The notes under the pieces: model-generated | Seen by the model: the letters and a program-made list of their open reading frames with translations, nothing else | What the model was told of the DNA's origin: nothing | Database searches by the model: none | Position numbers and translations under genes: made by a program | Shown: piece by piece, positions 18,599-26,916 of the stretch | Layout of the letters: each line of letters begins with the position of its first letter | Position numbering within the stretch: the stretch's first letter is position 1 | Source of the DNA: Burkholderiaceae bacterium | GTDB lineage: Bacteria > Pseudomonadota > Gammaproteobacteria > Burkholderiales > Burkholderiaceae_B | Assembly (NCBI GenBank): GCA_020851995.1 | Contig: JADZBO010000015.1 | Location: forward strand, 83,103-147,102 | Length of the DNA stretch: 64,000 nucleotides | Direction of reading: 5' to 3'

Positions 18599-20158
18599 TC
18601 AGCCAAAAATGCCGTGCAGGAACCAGCGTGCCGGATCGGCGTCGCGTTCGCGGTAGATCCAGTAGCGCACCGCTTGCTGATCCTGAGCGACGAAGTAATC
18701 GCGCACCGCACAGTGACCATCCCACCAGCCGCTTTCGATGCGCTCGGGGCCGCGTACAAGTTGCAAGGCGGAGCCCAGCACCGGGCGATCCCCGTGCATG
18801 ACCAGCGCACGCGGCTCGGGCAGCATCCAGAACGGACGTTCAGCGCGTGCAACAGGGCCGAACGACGCGGCAGATGTCTCGGTTTGCCCCTGCGCGGCGG
18901 CGGTCGAGGTGGCTCGGCCCGCGGATTGTGCGGATCGCGTCGCTTGTACGACGGTTGCGTCGCTGGCATGCGCGGGTGCGGCATGGACCCAGGCGTTGGC
19001 GACCTCGGGCCGATGATCCGCGACCGGGTGCGGGCGCAGGATCTGGCCAGGGCCCAGCCGGGCGGTCAGCAAATCCAGCAGGCGACGGTATTCCGCAGGG
19101 GCGTTGCGGGGATCCGGAAAGAGCAGGCCGCTGTCGGGGGCGAAATCGGCGAGTGATTCGCAGCGCAGGGTGATGGCGACGACAGGCTCGGCAAGGGTCT
19201 GGCGTGTCAGGCGCTCGCGCAGGGGATCCATGAAGTGCGCGATGATCCAGCCGGGTTCTGCCAGCGCCATGACGATGGTGGTGGGTGGACGGGCGCGCCG
19301 GCCGCGCTCGTGGTGCAGATCGATGCCGATACCGCGTGCAGCCTGCCGTCGTGCCGTCAGCCAGACACACAGGGATTGCATCAGGCGTTCTACGATGGCC
19401 AGGATGATTTCGGCCTGCTCGATACGAGCCTGCAGATCGAGATGCCGCAGGAACTGATCGGGCGCGACATAAGGCGTGTAGCGCAGTGTCTGCCCTTCGT
19501 AAGCTTGCGACAGCGCCCCGAGCAAGGTCGGACTGCTGCGCCGGCCCAGGCCTGCGCGTGGCAGACCCCGCAACTGACCCAGCGTTCTGCAACCCACGGC
19601 GCCGAGCCAGTCGAGGTGAGGGCGCGCTTCGGGCAGCGCGGCGCAGGGCAGGCGATCGAGCGCGCGCGCCAGGGAACGCGGCCTGACGCTGTACCGCAGT
19701 GCGCCGCCCGCCTGAGCCAACAGCCAGGCACCGTGTGCCGTGGGAGCCATGCTGCAACGTGCCTGTATGTGCAGATGATGCAGATCGCGCCGCAAAAGTT
19801 GCATCAGGGCGCGGATGCCACCAAACAGCCGGAGGCTGGCCGCGACCTCAAGCAGGATGGTGTCCTGCAGATGCTGTGCGACTGAGGGGGTGTAGCGCAA
19901 CGCAGCCTGGGCGGCCAGATCCAGGGCGGATTGTTCGGCGGCTTCATCCCGGGTCAGGACGAGGGCGTCGGGTGCGAGGCCGCAGGCGCTGGACTGGCGC
20001 ATTCCGATGGCCACGCCCAGATGCACCGCGGCAGGCGTGGCGGCGATGACCACGCCTTTATCCAGCACGAGGGCCGCGCGCACGGGCTCAGTGAGCCACC
20101 GCAGACGCCAGACGTCCAGGCTGAGGCGATGCAGGTACAGGCCGATCCACAGGGACAT
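18599..20158 (-). CDS. imuB: Y-family polymerase-like accessory protein ImuB
   Basis: MSLWIGLYL, RYTPSV, EVAASLRLFGG, GPERIESGWWD, RDYF, WFLHGIFG. Confidence 0.93.
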   Translation of the reverse strand: MSLWIGLYLHRLSLDVWRLRWLTEPVRAALVLDKGVVIAATPAAVHLGVAIGMRQSSACGLAPDALVLTRDEAAEQSALDLAAQAALRYTPSVAQHLQDTILLEVAASLRLFGGIRALMQLLRRDLHHLHIQARCSMAPTAHGAWLLAQAGGALRYSVRPRSLARALDRLPCAALPEARPHLDWLGAVGCRTLGQLRGLPRAGLGRRSSPTLLGALSQAYEGQTLRYTPYVAPDQFLRHLDLQARIEQAEIILAIVERLMQSLCVWLTARRQAARGIGIDLHHERGRRARPPTTIVMALAEPGWIIAHFMDPLRERLTRQTLAEPVVAITLRCESLADFAPDSGLLFPDPRNAPAEYRRLLDLLTARLGPGQILRPHPVADHRPEVANAWVHAAPAHASDATVVQATRSAQSAGRATSTAAAQGQTETSAASFGPVARAERPFWMLPEPRALVMHGDRPVLGSALQLVRGPERIESGWWDGHCAVRDYFVAQDQQAVRYWIYRERDADPARWFLHGIFG

Positions 20159-20792
20159 GACCGGGATCCGGAAGGTGACCGTGATCGGGCAGCGCGATAT
20201 CAATCCCTTGCGCGCATGCCGGACCCCGGCGTTTGAGGATGGAAACCCTGACGCCCTGAGCCTGCGGAGTAAGCGCGAGACGCAGGGCGGCAGGAGAGGT
20301 CTGTTCGCGTGTTGCCAGGGGACGGAACATGAAAAAAAGCGTCTCGCCGGATTGGGCGGCCAGGTGCAGCCGGCGCAACTCGGGCACCCGGATCGGGTCG
20401 CCCCACAAAATCAGTGCAGCGCAGCAATTGTGGCGCAACACCTGCTCGGCGGCCCACCAGGTATCGCGATCGCGTCCGGTATCAATGCACAGCAGGCGCT
20501 GGGGGGGCAAATTCCAGGACGACCAGCACAGAGCATTGGGTCTGAAAGGCGGATGCAGCAGCACCACGGGACGATCGGGGCTGGCGTTGGCGAGGGCAGG
20601 CTGCAGCAGACGGACCTCGCCGATGCCGTGCGCCCGCACGAGCAGTTCGGTCAGGGCGCCGATCGGCCAGCCGGCGCCGGGCAACTCGGCATTGAGCGTG
20701 GCGTGGCCGGTAGAGATTGTGGGCCCTGTGCGCGCACTGAACTGGGTGCCGCGCCAGAGCGCCGGATGGATGTCCTGAGGTGAAATTGCCAT
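20088..20792 (-). CDS. imuA: ImuA (RecA/SulA-like mutasome protein)
   Basis: HPALWRG, TGHATLNAELPGAGWP, ELL...GIGEVRLL, WWAAEQVLR, ILKRRGP; overlaps imuB start. Confidence 0.93.
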   Translation of the reverse strand: MAISPQDIHPALWRGTQFSARTGPTISTGHATLNAELPGAGWPIGALTELLVRAHGIGEVRLLQPALANASPDRPVVLLHPPFRPNALCWSSWNLPPQRLLCIDTGRDRDTWWAAEQVLRHNCCAALILWGDPIRVPELRRLHLAAQSGETLFFMFRPLATREQTSPAALRLALTPQAQGVRVSILKRRGPACAQGIDIALPDHGHLPDPGHVPVDRPVPASPQPGRLASAVAH

Positions 20793-20830
20793 GAGAGCTG
20801 ATGCATGCGATGCATGGAAAACGGAATAAT

Positions 20831-20859
20831 AGAATACTGTATATTTATACAGTAGTCCA
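20831..20859 (-). promoter_or_regulatory. Putative sigma70 promoter of imuABC
   Basis: Minus strand TGGACT (20859-20854), 17-nt spacer, TATTCT (20836-20831). Confidence 0.55.
20835..20854. promoter_or_regulatory. LexA (SOS) box
   Basis: TACTGTATATTTATACAGTA = CTGT-N8-ACAG, close to the beta/gammaproteobacterial consensus, about 45 nt upstream of imuA. Confidence 0.95.
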
Positions 20860-20884
20860 TACCTCTTCCCTTGAGTCGTATCAC

Positions 20885-20986
20885 GTTTTCAAGCACGCGA
20901 TGTTTTCAAGCACGTGATGTTTGCAACCATGCGATGCCCGCAACCGCGCAGCGTTCACAACCACGCAGTGTTCGCAAACATGTCAT
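20885..20986. repeat. Degenerate 17-nt tandem array (x6), intergenic
   Basis: gttttcaagcacgcgat / gttttcaagcacgtgat / gtttgcaaccatgcgat / gcccgcaaccgcgcagc / gttcacaaccacgcagt / gttcgcaaacatgtcat. Confidence 0.88.
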
Positions 20987-21065
20987 GCCTGCATTCGTCA
21001 AACAGCGGGCGGTGGGAGCGTTTTCAAACCCGTGGCCAGGCGGTTAAAGCCAGACGCGCGTGCCG

Positions 21066-21887
21066 TCAGGGCAACAATGCGCCGAGCGTCTGGTCGGTCG
21101 GGATGCGGGCGATACCAGCGCTGCGGTCGATGCGCCAGGCGCTTCGCCCGCCGGGCGTGCCTTCGGGGGTGTAACTCTGTTCGTAGAACAACGTGTGCCC
21201 CCGCGCGTGGCGCAGGATCACGCTGGTACAGCGCGTTCCGTACTGAGGATCCAGAATGAAAGGGCATGCGAGACGCCGCTCGCGTTCGACCCCCAGCCCG
21301 GTATCTGGCAACTCGCGATCCGGGGGCGGCACGCGATCCTGGAAAATGCTGATCAGCGTGTCGACATCCGGCGTCTGTTGCGCACCGAGGTGCCGGCCAA
21401 CCGCCGCGCGACTGCGCACCAGTTTGGGCCAGGGCGTGTCGAGCAATGCGTTGGATAAACCCACGATGCCCGGAGGCAGGCGCGTGCCCGTGTCCCGCGA
21501 GCGGTTTGACGCATACCAGACGCCGGCCTCGTCAGCCAGCAGCAGGTTAAAGCCGTTGTGCTCCCGCGTACGCTCGCCGATCGCCTGCGCATAATCGGCA
21601 GCCGTCATGTCGCCGCGCAGATAGTTCTCCACCAGGCGTCCACGCGAAGGTGCCTGCGGATTTTTGAGGCCAGGCTCGCGATAGTTGGTCAGTAATGCGA
21701 TCCGGCCCTGCTTCGTTAGGCCCAGCCATGTGCCGCCCGCCTGCAGGTCTCGTCCCGCGACCACCTCGGACGCGTCATGCCATGGCGCGGCAGCGCTGGC
21801 CTCGCGCGCGTGGAACTCGTCACGGTTGGCGACGATGACCAGTGGCCAGTCGGGCAGGGCGTCAATGGCGACAATGGCAAGGCACAT
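21066..21887 (-). CDS. NRDE/TANGO2 family protein
   Basis: MCL start, ANRDEFHAR, GRDLQAGGTWLG, LTNYRE, SRGRLV, LSNALLDTPWPK, YGTRCTSV. Confidence 0.93.
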   Translation of the reverse strand: MCLAIVAIDALPDWPLVIVANRDEFHAREASAAAPWHDASEVVAGRDLQAGGTWLGLTKQGRIALLTNYREPGLKNPQAPSRGRLVENYLRGDMTAADYAQAIGERTREHNGFNLLLADEAGVWYASNRSRDTGTRLPPGIVGLSNALLDTPWPKLVRSRAAVGRHLGAQQTPDVDTLISIFQDRVPPPDRELPDTGLGVERERRLACPFILDPQYGTRCTSVILRHARGHTLFYEQSYTPEGTPGGRSAWRIDRSAGIARIPTDQTLGALLP

Positions 21888-21954
21888 GGGTTGCAGTCAT
21901 CCTGAGTCAGACAGTCATTATTTCATTAACATGGGCGTCGGCTGGAGAAGTGTC

Positions 21955-21981
21955 AAGAATCACACGAATCACAAGAATCAC
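21955..21981. repeat. 9-nt tandem repeat (x3) just upstream of the DUF169 RBS
   Basis: aagaatcac acgaatcac aagaatcac then GGAG. Confidence 0.75.
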
Positions 21982-21993
21982 GGAGAAACCACT

Positions 21994-22764
21994 ATGTCGG
22001 AAGACAACACGCAGTACGACTGGCAGCAACTGGTGAACACGCTCAATGGGCTTTTGCGCCTGAAAACGACGCCGATCGGCATGAAGATGTTCGAGCGCGC
22101 GAGCGACATGGAGCAGATTCCCCGGCTGCGCCGTCCCAAGGCCATCCACACGGTCGACCAGATCGTCGGTCAGGCTTCGCGAATGGGCTTGACCGTCGGC
22201 ATCACGGCGGATGACCTGGTCTCCGATCAGTGCCGTACCGTGATTGGACTGGTGCCGCGCAGCAAGGAATGGCTCTCCGGCGACAAGATGAACGGAGTCT
22301 GGTATGGCACGCTCGAAGATGCCTCCAAACACCAGCACTGCCTGACGACGGTACCGGCCGGCAGGTACGAGGCGATGGCTGTTTCGCCGCTCACCAGCGG
22401 GCGGCTGAATCCGCCGGATATCTGTCTGATCTACGCGACGCCGGGCCAGATGATTCTGCTCATCAATGGGCTGCAATACACAGGCTTCAAGAAGTTCGAG
22501 TGGAGTTGCGCGGGCGAAACGTCCTGTGCGGATTCCTGGGGCCGGGCGCTGGCCACAGGTGAGCCGAGTCTCTCGATTCCCTGTTTTGCTGAGCGCCGCT
22601 ACGGTGGCGTGCCGGATGACGAACTGCTGATGGCCATGCCGCCGCGCTTCCTGCCGATCGCAATTACCGGCCTGCAGCAACTCTCGAAAAATGGTTTGCG
22701 CTACCCGATCGCGCCCTACGGCGTGCAGATGGATGTGCGCGAAGGGATGTCCGCAAGCTACTGA
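21994..22764 (+). CDS. DUF169 family protein
   Basis: LRLKTTPIGMK, PDICLIYATPGQMILL, CAGETSCADSW, SLSIPCFAERRYGGVPDDELL; GGAG RBS. Confidence 0.82.
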   Translation: MSEDNTQYDWQQLVNTLNGLLRLKTTPIGMKMFERASDMEQIPRLRRPKAIHTVDQIVGQASRMGLTVGITADDLVSDQCRTVIGLVPRSKEWLSGDKMNGVWYGTLEDASKHQHCLTTVPAGRYEAMAVSPLTSGRLNPPDICLIYATPGQMILLINGLQYTGFKKFEWSCAGETSCADSWGRALATGEPSLSIPCFAERRYGGVPDDELLMAMPPRFLPIAITGLQQLSKNGLRYPIAPYGVQMDVREGMSASY

Positions 22765-22806
22765 GGCCGATCATTGCCAGCGGATGTCAGTGGGCTACCG
22801 GCGGGA

Positions 22807-22839
22807 GGCTCGCCAGCGGTCGCTGACGATTGGCGAGCC
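22807..22839. terminator. GC-rich hairpin between convergent genes
   Basis: ggctcgcca / tggcgagcc 9-bp stem. Confidence 0.5.
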
Positions 22840-22866
22840 AGACATGTGCCAGCGTCTGTCGGCGGG

Positions 22867-23775
22867 TTAGCGAACCGACCGGCGCGGTGCGGCATTGACC
22901 ACGATGACGCCTGTCAGGACCAGCACCGCACCCCAGATGAACTCCGCTGTCAGCGGCTCGCCGAGCAACCAGACACCAAACCCCACGCCCAGCAGCGGTG
23001 TGAGAAAGGTGAATACGACGAGCCGCGAGGCCAGGTAGCGGGTCATCAGCCAGAACCATGTCACCAGGCTGAAAAAGGAAATGACGATTCCCTGGCCGAT
23101 GACGCTGGCCGCGAGCACGGGGGTCCAGCGCACATGGTGCTCGCCGAGCATGATACTGAACAGGGTGACGGCGAAAAAGGCGCAGAGCAACTGGTAGAGC
23201 GTGGTCTGGGTGGCCGGAATATTGGAGAGTTTGGAGCAGCGGATAATGACGGTCGTGCCGCCCCAGCTTGCGCCGGCCAGTACCCCGAGCAGATCGCCCC
23301 ATAGCAAGGTGGCGTCGAACGGCCCATTCCAGATTCCGCCAAGAAAGGCGATGGCAATGCCGCTGAAACAGGTGGCTACGCCGAGCCATTGAATCCAGCC
23401 GAGCCGTTCTTCGGGTATGCGCAAGTGCAGGCCAAGCGCCGTAAAAATCGGCGCGGTGTTCAGGAACACCACCATGTGCGAGGCGGTGGTGCGTTTGAGT
23501 CCTTCGCCAATGAAGAGAAATTCTGCCGCGAACAGGGCCCCCGCGAATAGCCCGGCGAGCCAGGGGCCACGCTGCAACGCCAGCGATGTTCCCTGAAACT
23601 TCATCATCACGGCCAGCAGCACGCAGCCGATGCCAGAGCGCAGGCCGATCTGCAATGTGGGGCTCATGTCGGCGGCCGTCGCCTTCAGAATCGTCTGCTG
23701 AATCCCCCAGAGGGAACACAGCAGCACCAGTGTGGCAATCGACGTCGCATCGAGCGATTTGCGCTCCGGGATCAT
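22867..23775 (-). CDS. DMT/EamA family transporter
   Basis: LCSLWGIQQ, LQIGLRSG, EFLFIGEGLKRTTASH, FTFLTPLLGVGFGVWLLGEPL. Confidence 0.93.
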   Translation of the reverse strand: MIPERKSLDATSIATLVLLCSLWGIQQTILKATAADMSPTLQIGLRSGIGCVLLAVMMKFQGTSLALQRGPWLAGLFAGALFAAEFLFIGEGLKRTTASHMVVFLNTAPIFTALGLHLRIPEERLGWIQWLGVATCFSGIAIAFLGGIWNGPFDATLLWGDLLGVLAGASWGGTTVIIRCSKLSNIPATQTTLYQLLCAFFAVTLFSIMLGEHHVRWTPVLAASVIGQGIVISFFSLVTWFWLMTRYLASRLVVFTFLTPLLGVGFGVWLLGEPLTAEFIWGAVLVLTGVIVVNAAPRRSVR

Positions 23776-23975
23776 TCTGGCTGAATACCCGCGCCCTTGA
23801 TCAGGTTGCCTCCGCGTGCGATCGGCGTGAAATCCTTGAGCGGATCGCAGGGAACGGACTTCATAAGCCGGGGTGCGGCGCCCTGGGCGTTGGCCGGGCC
23901 TGAGCTGGTGATCCCGAGCGCGCCGATGGCGGCGATCGCCGTTGCCGCCAGAATCCTGGCAAATGCGGGTTTCAA
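23772..23975 (-). pseudogene. Internally deleted miniature Bug/TctC gene (67 aa, still in frame)
   Basis: Signal peptide ending ANAQ + Bug mid-motif LMKSVPCDPLKDFTPIAR + Bug C-terminus LIKGAGIQPE; stop overlaps the EamA ATG. Confidence 0.75.
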
Positions 23976-24130
23976 TGCGATCTCCCCGTGTGTGATCTGT
24001 CGTCAGTCGTGCGCCGGATTGTCACACGGTACCCGGGGGCAGGCAAGCAGAGGGCAGGGGCGGCGACATATCAACCGCACTGCGCTGCTACACTTCCGGA
24101 TTACGTTTCATTCGACGCCCGCTTACCGTC

Positions 24131-25438
24131 ATGCCAACCCTGCATCCCCCGTCTGGTGCCTCGCTTGAGGCCTGGCTTGGCTACCTCGAGTCGCTTCACC
24201 CAAGCGCGATTGATCTGGGTCTGGATCGCGTGCGGCAGGTCGCCGCCCGACTCGATCTGGATACCCCGGCGGTACGCATTGTCGTCGGTGGCACAAACGG
24301 CAAGGGATCAACCTGCGCAATGCTGGAGTCGATCCTGCTGGCAGCGGGTTACCGGGTCGGACTTTATACCTCCCCGCACCTGTTGGTCTTTAACGAACGC
24401 GCTCGTGTCAACGGGGAAGTCGCCGACGATGCCCGCCTGATCGAGCAGTTCGAAGCCGTCGAGTCAGCGCGCCAGGACGTCTCGCTCACCTATTTCGAGT
24501 TTTCCACTCTCGCGATCCTGCGTCTGTTCGCACAGTCCGGGCTCGATGCCATGGTGCTGGAAGTCGGGCTGGGCGGTCGCCTGGATGCGGTCAACATTGT
24601 CGACGCGGATTGCGCGATCGTGACCAGTGTCGATATCGATCACACCGATTGGCTCGGTACCACCCGTGAGCAGATCGGCTTCGAGAAGGCGCATATCTAC
24701 CGCGCTGGCCGTCCGGCAATCTGCAGCGATCCGTCGCCGCCCCAAAGTCTGGTCGATTACGCCACGTCGATCGAAGCGGATCTCTGGCTGTTCGGCCGGG
24801 ACTTCAATTATTCCGGCGACCGGCAACAGTGGGCGTTCGCCGGGAGAACTCAGCGCCGTCACGCGATGGCGTACCCGGCGTTACGCGGTGCAAATCAGTT
24901 GCTCAACGCCTCGGCGGCGCTGGCCGCGCTCGAATCGCTGCGCGACCGCCTGGCCGTGCCGCAGCAAGCGGTGCGCCTCGGGTTGTTACAGGCGTCCCTG
25001 CCCGGGCGCTTTCAGATTCTGCCAGGCACGCCGACGGTGGTGCTCGATGTCGCGCACAATCCGCACGCCGCTGCCGTACTCGAAAAGAATCTTGGCAATA
25101 TGGGGTTTCATCCATACACCCACGCAGTGTTCGGGATGCTGTCGGACAAAGATATTGAGTCGGTCGTTGCGAAGATAGCACCTCGGATTGATCACTGGTA
25201 TTGCGCGGGTTTGCCGGGCCCGCGCGGGCTCACGGGCGACGAGTTGGCTACCCGCGTGCGCGCTGTGATCGATCGTGGCGACAACCCTGCCGATGCAGTC
25301 ACGGTGCGGGCCTATGGCAGCGTGGATGCTGCATACAGCGCGGCGCGGGAGCAATGCACCCCGGATGATAAAATCGTCGTGTTCGGTTCGTTTCTGACGG
25401 TGGCCGGAGTGCTGGGCGCGACTGGCCGGTCCGTATGA
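24131..25438 (+). CDS. folC: Dihydrofolate synthase/folylpolyglutamate synthase
   Basis: VGGTNGKGST, YTSPHL, LEVGLGGRLDAVN, LDVAHNPHAA, VFGSFLTV. Confidence 0.97.
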   Translation: MPTLHPPSGASLEAWLGYLESLHPSAIDLGLDRVRQVAARLDLDTPAVRIVVGGTNGKGSTCAMLESILLAAGYRVGLYTSPHLLVFNERARVNGEVADDARLIEQFEAVESARQDVSLTYFEFSTLAILRLFAQSGLDAMVLEVGLGGRLDAVNIVDADCAIVTSVDIDHTDWLGTTREQIGFEKAHIYRAGRPAICSDPSPPQSLVDYATSIEADLWLFGRDFNYSGDRQQWAFAGRTQRRHAMAYPALRGANQLLNASAALAALESLRDRLAVPQQAVRLGLLQASLPGRFQILPGTPTVVLDVAHNPHAAAVLEKNLGNMGFHPYTHAVFGMLSDKDIESVVAKIAPRIDHWYCAGLPGPRGLTGDELATRVRAVIDRGDNPADAVTVRAYGSVDAAYSAAREQCTPDDKIVVFGSFLTVAGVLGATGRSV

Positions 25439-25503
25439 TGGCGGATCAGGGTTGCGCAGCGCCCCGGTCGGCTGTCGTTCCTTCGGCCAGGATGTTTGCA
25501 TAA

Positions 25504-26364
25504 ATGGGTTTTTTTTCCAGAAAAGATGGTACCTCGCCGCGTAAGCCTGCCTCGAGGCCCCGGCCGTCGGTTTCGAGCGAGGCCCAGGCCGCCGGGTTGC
25601 GCGTGCGGGCCCGGCGGCGCCTCGCCGGAGCCGTCGTACTGGTTCTGGCGGCCGTCGTGGTTCTGCCGATGCTGCTTGACGCTGAGCGGCAGCCCGTTCC
25701 CGAGAACATCGCCATTCGTATTCCCGACCGAAATTCGCCTTTCGAACCATCGCTTTCGGACCAGTCTGCAACCAATGCTGACTCCGCGGCCGGTGGTGCG
25801 GTGCAGGGTGCTGCCGCACCCACCGCTGTGGCGGCCGCATCTGCCTCGGCACCGTCGTCGACGGTTGCACCCCCATCAACGCCTTCGATGAGCGCACCGG
25901 CTTCACCGGCGAAGTCCGAGCCCAAACCGGAGCCAAAAGCCGAATCGAAGGCCAAAGCGGATGCCGCGGCGAAGGCAGAGGCAAGGGCCGAAGCAAAAGC
26001 CGCAGCCAATGCCGCTGCGCGTACCGACGACGGCGCGCGTGCGCTCGCTTTGCTGGAGGGCCGTCCGACGGCGAGTGCGACGCCGCCCGCGGGCAGCGCT
26101 CCGCCGGCCGTCAAACCTCCTCAAAAAGGTAATTTTGTGGTCCAGGCCGCGTCGCTCGACACTGCGGGTGATGCCCAGGGGCAGCGCGAAAAGCTGACTG
26201 CCGCGGGGCTCAGTAATGCGTTCGTCGATGGCCCGGTCTCGGTCAATGGCAAACAGAAGTACCGGGTGCGGGTGGGACCGTTTCCCTCGCGTGAAGCCGC
26301 GCAGGCGGCGCAGACACGCCTGCGTACGCTTGGATTTGGCGGCGCGTTCATTGCTTCCCAGTGA
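25504..26364 (+). CDS. dedD: SPOR domain cell division protein DedD
   Basis: RARRRLAGAVVLVLAAVVVLPMLLD, Pro/Ala linker, C-terminal SPOR (YRVRVGPF); folC-dedD-cvpA synteny. Confidence 0.88.
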   Translation: MGFFSRKDGTSPRKPASRPRPSVSSEAQAAGLRVRARRRLAGAVVLVLAAVVVLPMLLDAERQPVPENIAIRIPDRNSPFEPSLSDQSATNADSAAGGAVQGAAAPTAVAAASASAPSSTVAPPSTPSMSAPASPAKSEPKPEPKAESKAKADAAAKAEARAEAKAAANAAARTDDGARALALLEGRPTASATPPAGSAPPAVKPPQKGNFVVQAASLDTAGDAQGQREKLTAAGLSNAFVDGPVSVNGKQKYRVRVGPFPSREAAQAAQTRLRTLGFGGAFIASQ

Positions 26365-26849
26365 CCGGCTTCGACTTCGTCCTCCTGGCGATCCTGACCG
26401 CTTCGGCGATCCTGGGGCTGGTTCGGGGGCTGGTCAAGGAAGTTCTGTCGCTTGCGGCATACGGGCTCGCCTTTCTCGCGGCGATCTGGTGGGGACAGAT
26501 GGTGAGCGACCATCTGGAACGCTGGATCACCCAGCCCTTTCTGCGCATGGGCGCAGCGTACGTTGGCGTTTTCGTGGTCATTCTCCTGCTGATGGGGCTT
26601 TTCAACATGACCCTCGGCGCACTGATCCGGGCAACGGGCCTGACCCCTGCCGATCATGGCCTCGGGGCGGTGTTCGGGCTGGTGCGGGGTGTGCTTTTCG
26701 TTCTTTTGCTGGTCATCATCGCGGGATATACGCCGCTTCCCGAGGAACCCTGGTGGAAAAACGCCATGTTTTCGGGACGTGTCGTCGCGGCAATCCAGCA
26801 GATCAAGCTCAGGGTGCCGCCTCCGGCTGACCAGTGGCTGCCTTACTGA
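26361..26849 (+). CDS. cvpA: CvpA family membrane protein
   Basis: GLVRGLVKEVLSL, DHGLGAVFGLVRG; located before purF. Confidence 0.93.
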   Translation: MTGFDFVLLAILTASAILGLVRGLVKEVLSLAAYGLAFLAAIWWGQMVSDHLERWITQPFLRMGAAYVGVFVVILLLMGLFNMTLGALIRATGLTPADHGLGAVFGLVRGVLFVLLLVIIAGYTPLPEEPWWKNAMFSGRVVAAIQQIKLRVPPPADQWLPY

Positions 26850-26916
26850 TGTTTGATGTTGACGTTCGACTACTGATCTTGTTGCGGTTTTTACGTATTC
26901 GTATCCGGGAACTTAC

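Noticed and set aside
20885-20986. CRISPR, or alphaproteobacterial LexA (GTTC-N7-GTTC) sites, in the 17-nt array
   Set aside because: There are no unique spacers, the GTTC spacing is 13 rather than 7, and a canonical CTGT-N8-ACAG box is already present.
21912-21932. AT-rich Fur-like sequence upstream of DUF169
   Set aside because: Only about half of the positions match the Fur consensus.
8318-26907. Identical 14-mer cgtattcgtatccg upstream of the Bug gene (8318-8331) and purF (26894-26907)
   Set aside because: Orientation relative to the two genes is opposite, and several exact 14-mer matches are expected by chance in 64 kb.
26890-26907. LiuR-like half site upstream of purF
   Set aside because: About four mismatches, right arm degenerate, and no functional rationale.
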